Assembly (NCBI GenBank): GCA_965226375.1
Contig: CBDDCX010000008.1
Coordinates: 1 to 64,000 of the forward strand
Length of the DNA: 64,000 nt
DNA from: Longimicrobiales bacterium
Lineage (GTDB): Bacteria; Gemmatimonadota; Gemmatimonadetes; Longimicrobiales; Gaopeijiaceae
Direction of reading: 5' to 3'
This document shows, in pieces, positions 23,001-32,795 of the stretch (positions are counted from its first letter, which is position 1; each line of letters begins with the position of its first letter). Both the position numbers and the translations under genes were made by a program. The notes beneath the pieces are model-generated. The model had not been told where the DNA came from, did not search any database, and was given only the letters and a program-made list of their open reading frames with translations.

Positions 23001-23112
23001 TCCGGAGAGCTCCTTTACAACGTTCGAGAGTGACCCCCTCCACGCACGCTTCGAGTGGAGAAACACTCCCCACCCTCGCCGGTTCATGACCACCATACGG
23101 CTCTCCATGTGA
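20086..23112 (+). CDS. SusC/RagA-family TonB-linked outer membrane transporter
   Basis: CarboxypepD_reg-like N-domain; plug IRGTSSLS...[52 protein letters not shown]. Confidence 0.95.
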   Translation: [1008 protein letters not shown]

Positions 23113-23177
23113 GCCATCAGATGAGAACCCGGACGATCCATAGGGCGAGACCCAGGCATGACTACGGAGGATGCGCC

Positions 23178-24494
23178 ATGATTGCGAAGCCCCTGACCTT
23201 CGATGCTCTTCCTCGTTACGGCAGGAGACGGATCGTACTGTCGGTGTTACTGGCGAGTGGGCTGCTCCTCGCGGGCTGCGAGCAGCTCCTCGAGGTAGAG
23301 TCCCCCAGCCGCCTCCCGGCAGAAGATATTCTGAAGCCTAGCAACGCAGCGATCCTGGTGAACGGGGCCCAATCCGATTTCGAGTGTGCTCTGGCCAACT
23401 TCATTCTCGCCGGGGGTCAGGTCGGAGACGAGCTGGCGCATTTCGGCGGCGGCTCGGTGAACGAGGGTTATGACAAACGGGCATATACGGCCGCGGATCC
23501 ATGGCCTGCGAGATTTCCGTGTGAAGGGGGATCTGGATCCCAGAACGCCATCAGCGTCTGGGCGCCACTCCAGACAGCCCGGTTCGCGGCCAGGTCGACG
23601 GAGGAGCTGCTGGAAAGCTGGACGGACGACGAGGTTCCCGGTCGGGCCGAGGCCCGCGCGCGCATGGCGGCGTTCTCGGGCTATAGCACCCTACTCCTCG
23701 GGGAGGCGTACTGCACGGCCGCCGTGGACCTGGGGCCCGAACTCTCTCGCAGCGACATGTTTCAGCTGGCCGAGGTGGACTTCACCCGGGCCATCGAGCT
23801 TGCGACCAGCGCGGGAAGCGCCAGCCTGCTGGGTCTCGCACAGGTCGGGAGGGCCCGTACACGCGTGAACCTCGGGACCTTCAGTGAAGCGCTCACCGAC
23901 GCCAGGATGGTGCCGGGAGGCTTCCGATTTGACGCACGCTATTCGGCCGCCTCTGTGCGGACGGAGAATCGTGTGTTCAGGCGGATGAATCGGAATCGAA
24001 GCGTGGGCGTCGGTCCTTACTACCAGCACCTCGAATTCCAGGGGGTACCGGATCCGCGCATACCGGTCACCAACCTCGGCCTAGTCCCCGCGTCGCAGCG
24101 GACCGATAGCTTGTGGGTGCAGGACCTCTACCCCACCGAGTCGTCGCCCATCCCCATCGCCACGTGGCAGGAAGCCCAGCTCATCATCTCCGAGGCCGAG
24201 TTGGACGCTGGGCGCCTGCAGGAAGCGGTGGACGCGATCAACGTCCTCCACGCCAATGCCAACCTTCCAGCCTTCAGCAGCGGTGACGCCGCAGAGATTC
24301 GAGTGCACCTGATCGAGGAGCGGAGGCGGCAGTTGTTCCTGCAGGGTAATCACCTGAACGACCTGATACGCTTCAGTTTCCCGCTCGTGCCATCGCCCGG
24401 CACCATCTTCCAAGCGGGTGCCGGCGAGTATGGGACGATGACCTGCCTTCCTCTTCCGGATGTGGAGCGCATAAGCAACCCGAACATCGGGTGA
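23178..24494 (+). CDS. SusD/RagB-family lipoprotein
   Basis: LAGC lipobox; EAQLIISEA, EERRRQLFLQG, CLPLPDVERISNPN. Confidence 0.9.
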   Translation: MIAKPLTFDALPRYGRRRIVLSVLLASGLLLAGCEQLLEVESPSRLPAEDILKPSNAAILVNGAQSDFECALANFILAGGQVGDELAHFGGGSVNEGYDKRAYTAADPWPARFPCEGGSGSQNAISVWAPLQTARFAARSTEELLESWTDDEVPGRAEARARMAAFSGYSTLLLGEAYCTAAVDLGPELSRSDMFQLAEVDFTRAIELATSAGSASLLGLAQVGRARTRVNLGTFSEALTDARMVPGGFRFDARYSAASVRTENRVFRRMNRNRSVGVGPYYQHLEFQGVPDPRIPVTNLGLVPASQRTDSLWVQDLYPTESSPIPIATWQEAQLIISEAELDAGRLQEAVDAINVLHANANLPAFSSGDAAEIRVHLIEERRRQLFLQGNHLNDLIRFSFPLVPSPGTIFQAGAGEYGTMTCLPLPDVERISNPNIG

Positions 24495-25645
24495 CGCGGA
24501 GGACGCCTGTGGTCAATCGGAGAGAGTTCCTCGAGAAAGGCGTGGTGGTGGGTGCTGCTGCCGCGGGCTCGTGGCCGAAAGGGATCCGTGCAATGGATGA
24601 GCCACAGGAAGTGGGCCAGCTGGTAGCCCAGACGGGTTCGCTGGTCGTGGACGGCACCAACGTCTCCGCCCTGACGGACGACTACATCGGCCAGATGCGG
24701 AGCGCCGGTGTGGATGTCTGGGTCCACAATCGGGTAAGCACCGAGTCCAGCGGCCTCCCCTACTTCACCCGGGTCCACGACTACGCGGACCGAAACTCCG
24801 ACCGGCTCGCGCTCGTCACCACGGTCCGTGAGATGCGGGAGGCGAAAGCCGCCGGGAAGCTCGCCATGGTCATGGGTTGGCAGGCGGCCACGCCCTTCGA
24901 GGGCGTTCTCTCGGACTGGAGTCGCAAGCCGCCGTCCATCGACCTGAGGGCCTACTATGAGCTCGGACTGCGGAGCTGCGGGATCACGTACAACATCTCC
25001 AACCGTTTCGGGGGTGGATGCACGGACGAGTGGAACGGCCTCACTTTGGCGGGCCGGTACATCGTCGAGCGCTTCCACGAGATGGGAATCGTGGTGGACG
25101 TGGGTGGGCACACCGGAGAGCGGGCGAGCCTCGACGTCGTCGAAGGGTCACCCGGCGTGCCGATCATCTGCTCCCACACGAACTGTCGGGCCCTCATGGA
25201 CAATCCCCGCAACACCACTGACCGCGTCATCGAGGGGGTCGCCGCGACAGGCGGCGTGGTGGGCATGACCGCCTTGAACGACTTCGTGGCCCGGAGCCGC
25301 AACGACGTCGGTATCCGCACGACGCCCCAGGTGGGGATCGACGCGCTCCTGGAGCATTACGACCACGTGCGTCGTCTGGTCGGCGCAGAGCACGTGGGCA
25401 TCGGTACCGACTTCACTGCAGGGTTCCCGGGCACGGATCCCTATCAGGGCGAGGGCTCTTTCATCGCCCCAGCGATCGTGTACAGCGCCCAGGAAACCTG
25501 GACATATGTGGAGGGCTTCGAGACGATCACCGAACTCCCGAACCTGCGCGAGGGGCTCCGTCGACGGGGCTGGAGCACCGGGGACATTGAGAACGCCATG
25601 GGGAACAACTGGACCCGGGTGTTCCAGCAGGTGTGGGGCAAGTAG
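24491..25645 (+). CDS. Tat-exported M19 membrane-dipeptidase-like amidohydrolase
   Basis: NRREFL Tat motif; ITYN, DVGGH, SHTN...NPRN, GIGTDF, MGNNWTRVF. Confidence 0.9.
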   Translation: MTRRTPVVNRREFLEKGVVVGAAAAGSWPKGIRAMDEPQEVGQLVAQTGSLVVDGTNVSALTDDYIGQMRSAGVDVWVHNRVSTESSGLPYFTRVHDYADRNSDRLALVTTVREMREAKAAGKLAMVMGWQAATPFEGVLSDWSRKPPSIDLRAYYELGLRSCGITYNISNRFGGGCTDEWNGLTLAGRYIVERFHEMGIVVDVGGHTGERASLDVVEGSPGVPIICSHTNCRALMDNPRNTTDRVIEGVAATGGVVGMTALNDFVARSRNDVGIRTTPQVGIDALLEHYDHVRRLVGAEHVGIGTDFTAGFPGTDPYQGEGSFIAPAIVYSAQETWTYVEGFETITELPNLREGLRRRGWSTGDIENAMGNNWTRVFQQVWGK

Positions 25646-25809
25646 GCTAGAGCTAGGGAAGCTCTGCAGTGAACGCGGTGGTCCCATGGTCGAGGCTGAT
25701 GGCTTTGATCGAGCCGCACTATCCGACGTTGGGTAAGGGTCGGCAGCCACTGGGACTGGAAAGGATGCTTCGGACCTACTTCGTCCAGAGCTGAGGGACC
25801 ATACCGCCG

Positions 25810-26724
25810 ATGCTGCGCAACACGCTGCTGTGGGCTTCGACCAATCCGTTCCTGGCCGTTAGACTCCCGCGCTACCGTTTCGTGCAAAGGGCGACCAGGC
25901 GCTTCATGCCCGGCGAGGAGGTCGATGACGCGCTGAGGGCGGCGGCGGCCCTCGCGCATGTCGGCATTACGACCACCACTACGCTCCTCGGAGAGAATCT
26001 CGAGTCTCTGGACGAAGCGGACGGCGTGGTACGTCACTATCAAGGGGTGCTGCGGGAGATCGAGGAGCGTGGTCTCGACTGCGAAATCTCGGTGAAGCCA
26101 ACGCAGCTTGGGCTCGATTTCGGGGTCGATGAGGCGCGGACTCGACTCGCCCAGTTGGCGGACTCGACGTCATCGATGGTGTGGGTCGACATGGAAGGAT
26201 CGGACTACGTCGACGGCACCCTCGACATCTTCCGGAGCGTAAAGCAGGACAAGGGCAACGTCGGCCTGTGCCTGCAGTCGTACCTCCACCGCACGGCCGA
26301 CGACCTGGACTCCCTTCTCTCGCTCGACCCGGCCATCCGGCTGGTGAAGGGCGCCTACAACGAGCCCGCGTCGATCGCGTTTCCCAGCAAGTCGGACGCG
26401 GATCGGAACTTCGTCAAGCTCACACAGACGCTCATCAGGGCCCGGCTCGGCGGAGGGCAGGGGCGTCCGGTCTTCGGGACGCACGACCCGAAGATGATCT
26501 GTGAGGCGAACCGCATCGCCTACGAGCTGGGACTCGGTAAGGACACGTACGAGTTCGCGATGCTCTTCGGCATCCAGCGAGCGGAGCAGGAGCGCCTCGC
26601 CCGGACTGGCCACCACGTGCGGGTGCTGGTCAGCTACGGCTCGGCGTGGTTCCCGTGGTACATGCGACGCCTGGCCGAGCGGCCGGCCAACCTCTGGTTC
26701 GTGGCCAAGCAGTTGGTGCGATAG
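25810..26724 (+). CDS. Monofunctional proline dehydrogenase
   Basis: RFMPGE, ISVKPTQLG, VDME, CLQSYL, RLVKGAY, GTHD, YMRRLAERPAN. Confidence 0.95.
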   Translation: MLRNTLLWASTNPFLAVRLPRYRFVQRATRRFMPGEEVDDALRAAAALAHVGITTTTTLLGENLESLDEADGVVRHYQGVLREIEERGLDCEISVKPTQLGLDFGVDEARTRLAQLADSTSSMVWVDMEGSDYVDGTLDIFRSVKQDKGNVGLCLQSYLHRTADDLDSLLSLDPAIRLVKGAYNEPASIAFPSKSDADRNFVKLTQTLIRARLGGGQGRPVFGTHDPKMICEANRIAYELGLGKDTYEFAMLFGIQRAEQERLARTGHHVRVLVSYGSAWFPWYMRRLAERPANLWFVAKQLVR

Positions 26725-27797
26725 TGTCGAATACCGGACCCGGAAGCCCGAGGCCCGCGCCCCCCAGTCCGCTCGTTTACAGCAGGCCAGGCGAGCGGAA
26801 CGAGGACCCGAGCTTCGAGGGCATCTTCCTGATCATTGTCGGTCGGGCGCCGGGCAACGTCTGAGATGTCCAGCACACCGCCGACGGGCGGATCCACAAC
26901 ATCCGTCGCAAAAGAGCCGAGGCCGTGGGTCAACCACTACCACTTCCACATCATGGACCGGGACTGGGGCCATCTCATCATCCGGTTCTGCCCCCATCCC
27001 CCCTTCAGCGCGCTCGTCATCCTGAACGGCCATGAGTGGGTGGCCAGGGGAGGCCAAGCGGCGGGGGATCCGCCCTCACGAGGACGACAACTGCTTCACC
27101 CAGCTTTCCAACGCCCAGGACCTGGGCCTCGTCGCAGATACCTTGAGCGCTTCACAGCACTTTATAGGGCGCCTGGCCCAGGCTCCGGAGCGGTGGATCT
27201 ACTCGGCGGTCATGTGCTTCGCGATGGACATCGCCAATCAGGAGCGGACCCGCTTCCGCTACCACCAATCGGTCTACGAGGCCGAGTTCAGCCGGAACCT
27301 CCATTTCGGCAACGGCCGGCAGATGGATCAGGTGTTCCACTGCCTGATCGACCGGATCCGCGCCCCGCTGGACCTGCGCACGGTCACCACGCTCCTTGGC
27401 CGACGTAAGCCGACCACGCAGACAGAAGGGGCAGCCACGGGCACCCGCCGTGGAGGTCGCACTCGAGACGCCTACGTATGATCTGACTATCCTGCGCATC
27501 GAGGCCATGGTCCACAACACCCGCGACCTCCGTTGCCGCCTGGGGCTCCTCTACTTTGCGGAGATCGCGGCCGCCCTGCGCGAGATGGTCGAACGCTTCG
27601 TGGAGGACCTCGACTGTCTTGATACCGCCTTCATCGATCCAGGGCTTCTTGGACGAGATGGTCCGCTGAATGAAGCCTCTCCGTGTCGTCATTTCCGTAT
27701 TCTCCTCACCGCCGCTGATCACGAGATATTGGGGTTGTTGAATCGCTCGACATTCGGCAACGGAAGGCAGACGGTACTGCCGAAGAAGCTGACCTGA
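26725..27797 (+). pseudogene. Degraded putative transposase of a poorly characterised family
   Basis: VNHYHFHIMDRDWGHLIIRFCPHPPFSALVILNGHEW, DNCF, EAEFSRNLHF, LRIEAMVHNTRD; stops and frameshifts. Confidence 0.6.
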
Positions 27798-27981
27798 TAC
27801 TGCGGCGGGAAGAGAAGACAGGAGCGGAGCCCCCACCAACAGACCAACCAGACGGGTGGCTGATGAGGGCCGCACGCGTCCTCCTCCGTTCAAATCGACA
27901 AAAGGCCCGGTCTAGTTAGTACGACTCCCCCCAGGTCTCTGACAGCTCGCTCTACCTCCGAAAACGGCTGCCATAAGCAAC

Positions 27982-28239
27982 TTAATGGCTGTCTGCGGTG
28001 TGCTCCCGGATCATTCTGTACTCTTCGTGCTGCTTTTCACAGCGGATCCGACTGCCTCTCTCCCTCGCATCGCCTACGGCCCGTCTGCGCGTGCTCTCCG
28101 TACGCACCGCCGCAATGGAAACAATCCTCTTCAGGTCCTCGTACTGACAGGAAGGGCATTGGGGCACCGGGGATGAATGCATCACCAGATGCTCAAATTG
28201 CCATCCACACCTACAGCATTCATACTCAATGATGGGCAT
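27982..28239 (-). CDS. FmdB-family zinc-ribbon protein
   Basis: MPIIEYECCRCGWQFE...CPSC. Confidence 0.85.
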   Translation of the reverse strand: MPIIEYECCRCGWQFEHLVMHSSPVPQCPSCQYEDLKRIVSIAAVRTESTRRRAVGDARERGSRIRCEKQHEEYRMIREHTADSH

Positions 28240-29758
28240 CCCCTCTGTCCTCTCCACTCTCTCGTGCCTCCTCGCCCTCTAGCTCCCTCCAATCCATCGC
28301 CCCGGCCTCCAAAAGCACCTCAACCACTGAGGTGTAGCCCGTGCTCCTGGCACCGTCAAGAGCTCTGAAACCCTCATGATCGACCGCATTCACGTCGACA
28401 CCGAAGCTGAGCAACAGCCTCACCTTCTCCGCGATTTCGGCTTCCCGGTCATCAGGCATCTGAAACACCCAGGCCCTTCCAGTCCCGCTCATACCAACTG
28501 CGGCCATCAGAGGTGTGGACACCTCCCTTTGGAGTGCGGACTGCTCACCCCAGCGCACGCCTGGCTCCCCGTTGGGGCTACCGAGATAGTGCTCCCCGCG
28601 GTGCATACGCCGCGGGTCGCCCCCGTGTTCAACCAAGCGGCGGAGGATGTACGGAGTTCCGAAACGGGCCGCGAGCCAGGTGGGCAAGGCTCCAACCCAT
28701 GCACGGTGGAAGTAGTAGTCGGTAGGTGAACTCCGGGTCACCGGAGTCCAGGCTCCCAGTGGGATGTTCGGATTGGCGCCGTGCTCGAGGAGGAGGTCCA
28801 CTGTGCGCTCGGCCCGGCGCATGATTGCTGCGTGTAGTGCCGTAAACCGGCTCCCTCCCAAGTTCGGGTCCGCACCCTGCTCGAGCAGAAGCTCCACCAC
28901 CTCCTCGTACAACTCGCCGGGGAGCGCTTCCTCCTCCCCGTAGCCCAAGTAGACCCCCCCTATGCTAGCTAACCTTCCCCCGGTGGTGATGAGCGGACCG
29001 AACTGCGAGTACACTGCCACCGTTAAAGCGCTGAGACCCCACGCAGTTCTGTCGTTCACGTCTGCTCCGGCGGCGAGCAGATGCCGCACCGAGGCGACGT
29101 CCCCCACTGCTGCCGCAAACAGCAAGGCGGTGTTGCCCCCATGTTCGAACCACCCTTGGTGCTGCGGATGGGGATGTGGCGCCTGTGCCATGAGCATGCC
29201 CCACGTCTCCGAACGGGTTGTGAAGTCCGCACCGTGCTCGAGCAGCAGCTTAACCACATCCGCGTTCCGCCGTGCCGCAGCCCACATCAGCGCCGTCTGT
29301 CCTCGCATGCCCGTCGCGTCCGGATCCGCGCTGTACTTGAGCAGGAGCTCAATGACGGCCGCATCGCCCGAGCGGGAAGCGATCATGAGGGGCGTCTCCC
29401 CGCGCGGCAGCGCCACGTTCGGGTTCGCCCCAGCCGCCAGCAGCCTCCCAACCACCTCCGCGCTGCCGTTCTCGCTAGCTGCCCAAAGCGGAGTCACACC
29501 GAGCTCGTTCGTCGCATTGACGTCCGCACCGGCCCGAATGAGCAACTCTACGCCTTCCACATCATCCCGATGCGCCGCCCAGTGAAGGGCAGTCGTGGTA
29601 TCTCCTTCGATAGCTTCGACATACACCCCCTGCCCACCTTCTCCGCCCACAGTGCCTCGCTCGGCCTGCCTTGGCAGAACCTGGCCAGCGCCTCCGCCCG
29701 GGAGCGTCAGCACTAGCCCCGGCACGATCAGGCCTCGCCACACCCAATGCATAGCCAT
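28226..29758 (-). CDS. Exported ankyrin-repeat protein
   Basis: Multiple TALHWAA/TPLMIAS/GADVN repeats; signal peptide. Confidence 0.92.
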   Translation of the reverse strand: MAMHWVWRGLIVPGLVLTLPGGGAGQVLPRQAERGTVGGEGGQGVYVEAIEGDTTTALHWAAHRDDVEGVELLIRAGADVNATNELGVTPLWAASENGSAEVVGRLLAAGANPNVALPRGETPLMIASRSGDAAVIELLLKYSADPDATGMRGQTALMWAAARRNADVVKLLLEHGADFTTRSETWGMLMAQAPHPHPQHQGWFEHGGNTALLFAAAVGDVASVRHLLAAGADVNDRTAWGLSALTVAVYSQFGPLITTGGRLASIGGVYLGYGEEEALPGELYEEVVELLLEQGADPNLGGSRFTALHAAIMRRAERTVDLLLEHGANPNIPLGAWTPVTRSSPTDYYFHRAWVGALPTWLAARFGTPYILRRLVEHGGDPRRMHRGEHYLGSPNGEPGVRWGEQSALQREVSTPLMAAVGMSGTGRAWVFQMPDDREAEIAEKVRLLLSFGVDVNAVDHEGFRALDGARSTGYTSVVEVLLEAGAMDWRELEGEEARESGEDRGDAHH

Positions 29759-29774
29759 TCTCCATCCTTTTACC

Positions 29775-31112
29775 CTATAGATCGCCCAGCGTATCAAGCA
29801 GCGGACCAGTGCTTCCGCCCACCTTGTCCACCGGCACACCGACCGTGTCCATGAGGGAAACGAGAAGATTCGCATGGCTAGGTTCATTCTCATACACGAG
29901 ATGCCGACCTCCCTTGATGCGTCCGCACCCACCGCCGAGCACCAGCACCGGAAGGTTGTCACTGCTGTGGACCATGCTGTTGGACATGCCCGACCCATAC
30001 AGGACCGTCATATGGTCCAAGAGCGAACCGTCCCCGTCAGGCGTATCGCGAAGCTTTGCCAGGTACTTCGCGAACAACTCGACCTGGTAGCGGTTGAGCT
30101 TGGACATTTGCTCGACCACGTCCGGTATGTTGTTGTGGTGCGACAGTGGGTGCCACGCCTCAGTTACCCCAATCTGCGGATAAGTGCGGGGACTCACTTC
30201 CCTGGAAACCATGAACGTAGACACGCGCGTCAGGTCTGCTTGGAAGGCCAGGAGTTGCATGTCCAGAAGCAGTTCCAGGTGGTCCTCAAACACACCAGGG
30301 ATGCCCGCCGGCTCGCTCATGGCCGGCAGCTCGAGATCGAGCTGAGACTCGGCCATCTGGATGCGCCGTTCGCTGTCCCTCACCCCGTCGAAATACTGAT
30401 CGAGCTTCAGATCATCCTGCGGTCCTAGCTGCCTCTTCAGGTCCCCCAACGCTTCCATCACGCTGTCCATGATGCTTCCCTGCTGCGACAGGCGTCGTTC
30501 TCGCGCCGATCGAGCAGTGGATCCAGCGTCACCGAACAGAGTCTCAAATACCACCCTAGGCCGGTTCTCCATCGGCAACGGCTGTTCGCGACTCCTCCAT
30601 GAGATGGTGTCCGTGTAAATGCAGTTCAGAACCGCACACGATCCCGCCATCGGCGCCCCATCCAACCCCAACTGCAGGGACCCCAGTTGCGTCTCCCGCT
30701 CGAATTCGCGGGCCATAAGCTGGTCGATCGACGGCAGCGCCCAAATTCCCGAACTAGACGTTGGCGCCTCGTCCCCCGGAAGGCCCGAAAGGAAACACGT
30801 GGACGACCCATAGTGGGGCGATTCCCACGACCCCCTAAGGCCCGAGAACGCAATCAGCTGATCCTTGAAGGGTGCAAGCGGCTCAAGAATCGCCGAGAGC
30901 TCGAAATCCGCTCCGACTCCTTTCGGGGTCCAGTAGGGCATAGCCTGCCCGTTCGGCGTGTAATACGCGAGGAACCGATGGGCAGGCTTCCGCACGGCCC
31001 GCCCAGAAAGCCCCGCCGGTACCATCGACTCTAGCAACGGCAATGCAAGCGCCGCTCCCACCCCCCGAAGAACGGTGCGACGGGAGATCGTCTTGCCTGT
31101 GATGAACTCCAT
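29775..31112 (-). CDS. DUF1552-domain Tat protein
   Basis: ISRRTVLRGVGAALALPLLESM, YTPNG, SIDQ, AFQADLTRV, HPLSHH, DGSLLDH. Confidence 0.9.
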   Translation of the reverse strand: MEFITGKTISRRTVLRGVGAALALPLLESMVPAGLSGRAVRKPAHRFLAYYTPNGQAMPYWTPKGVGADFELSAILEPLAPFKDQLIAFSGLRGSWESPHYGSSTCFLSGLPGDEAPTSSSGIWALPSIDQLMAREFERETQLGSLQLGLDGAPMAGSCAVLNCIYTDTISWRSREQPLPMENRPRVVFETLFGDAGSTARSARERRLSQQGSIMDSVMEALGDLKRQLGPQDDLKLDQYFDGVRDSERRIQMAESQLDLELPAMSEPAGIPGVFEDHLELLLDMQLLAFQADLTRVSTFMVSREVSPRTYPQIGVTEAWHPLSHHNNIPDVVEQMSKLNRYQVELFAKYLAKLRDTPDGDGSLLDHMTVLYGSGMSNSMVHSSDNLPVLVLGGGCGRIKGGRHLVYENEPSHANLLVSLMDTVGVPVDKVGGSTGPLLDTLGDL

Positions 31113-31171
31113 CTCATTCCTATGAAGCAGACTATTGACTTGACAGTTCCAGAGACCGCCATAACGCAGGA

Positions 31172-31450
31172 CTACATCCCGACGGACTCCCGCATCAGGA
31201 ACGCAGGGCTCTCGACGATCGCCAGGATGATCGACGACCACCGGTAGTCATCCGCCTTGGTGTCCCGCAGGATCTGGCGCAACACCGGTTGATCGTAGTA
31301 CTCGAGCTCGCGGCCAAGGGCATAGCTCATCAACTTCCCGGTGAGCGTGGAGGCAAACCCCACTCCCCCGCGCTGCTCCAACAACATCGTCCGGAGCCCA
31401 GGCAACCCCTCTATATCGATACCGCCCGGCCAGCTCCGTGGAGGGGTTCC
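31172..31450 (-). pseudogene. C-terminal DUF1585 remnant of a DUF1592-type protein
   Basis: KLMSYALGRELEYYDQPVLRQI...SSIILAIVESPAF; usual upstream partner of DUF1552; fused to an M19 gene fragment. Confidence 0.8.
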
Positions 31451-31624
31451 CCGGACTCCGGCCCCGCCTCCCAGCTCGAGGCCGCAGCGGCCGACTCCGG
31501 ATTCCACGGCGCCAGTCCCGCTCCCGCCGTCGCGACCGCCACTCGACCCAGAAAGCTCCGTCGTTTCATGCTCTCCCCCTCCGTTGTGGGACATAGATTC
31601 CGTTGTGGGACATAAATGCGTATG

Positions 31625-32758
31625 TCACGCGCTCCAGACCTGCTGGTAGACACGCAGCCAGTTCTCTCCCAGCAGCTTCCAGAGCTCCGCATTCGACCAT
31701 CCCCGCCGGATAAGCCCCCGGGTCATGTTCGGCAGTTGGGAGATCGAGTCGAAGTCCTCGATGTAGTAGAATGAGCCAGGATCGCTGTACATCTCCGGGA
31801 AGTTGAGTCCACCCGACCACGTTTCCGCTCTCTCCTCGATGTTGTCGATGCCGAGGGCGATGTGGTCCACGCCGATCAGCTCCTTGAAGTAGTCGTACTG
31901 GTCGAGGTGCTTCTCCAGCGACACCTGGGGCATGGTGCGCTTGTCTGCGTCGTTCCGGGTACGGATGTGGAAGTCGCTCACCGCAGTGATCCCGATGACG
32001 CCGCCCGTCTCGGCGATCGCCTCGGCCAGCCGGTCGCTGATGTTCCGGGGGTTGTCGACCAGTGTCCGGGCGTTCGCGTGGCTGCAGATGACGGGGACGC
32101 CGCGGGAGATCTCCAGGGCGTCGAAGCTGGTCTGGTCGCCGGTGTGGCCGGCCACGTCGAGGAGGATGTCCATCCGGTGGATCTCCTCGACGAGTTCACG
32201 ACCCTCCCTCGTCAGGCCGACGCGGGAGGCCGTGCAGCCACCTCCGAACCGTCCCTCGACGTTGAGGGCCACGGCCGAGATCCGGAGGCCCAGTTCGTAG
32301 TAGCCACGCAGCGCCCCGCGCCAGTCCTCCTCCCGCTCCAGAGCTGCCGGCCCCTGGAAATGGAACACCCGCGCGATCTTGCCCTGCTCGTGAGCCTCCC
32401 GAATCTCACGGACATTCCCGGTCCAAACCATCGCCTCATCGTGTCCGTCCAGAAAGGCGTGGCACGCGCCGATGCCGGCCACGCCGCCATGGTCCACGAC
32501 TGAGCAGTTCACTCCTCCCGTCCTCAGCCGCCCTAGATGCACTTCCGTGTCGCCCCCACAGTCCCGCGCGTCGACCACAAGGGTGGCACGCTGGACCTCG
32601 AGTGGATCCCGGTTCGGGCTGCGGTCCGAAGGGTCGAGCTGGGGCCTGCCCGAGGAGGGGCTTCCTTCCTCCTCTTCTTCTCGGCAGGCCGCGGAGCCCG
32701 TCAGGGTTGCCGCCGCACTGATGATGGCCATCTGACCCACAAAATGTCGCCGTATCAT
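31625..32758 (-). CDS. M19 dipeptidase-like Tat lipoprotein, variant A'
   Basis: IRRHFV...SAAC; DVAGH, SHAN, GIDN; differs from A in patches. Confidence 0.88.
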   Translation of the reverse strand: MIRRHFVGQMAIISAAATLTGSAACREEEEEGSPSSGRPQLDPSDRSPNRDPLEVQRATLVVDARDCGGDTEVHLGRLRTGGVNCSVVDHGGVAGIGACHAFLDGHDEAMVWTGNVREIREAHEQGKIARVFHFQGPAALEREEDWRGALRGYYELGLRISAVALNVEGRFGGGCTASRVGLTREGRELVEEIHRMDILLDVAGHTGDQTSFDALEISRGVPVICSHANARTLVDNPRNISDRLAEAIAETGGVIGITAVSDFHIRTRNDADKRTMPQVSLEKHLDQYDYFKELIGVDHIALGIDNIEERAETWSGGLNFPEMYSDPGSFYYIEDFDSISQLPNMTRGLIRRGWSNAELWKLLGENWLRVYQQVWSA

Positions 32759-32795
32759 CCTTTCCCCCTTGTTGCGAGATGGAGGGACCAGGGCC

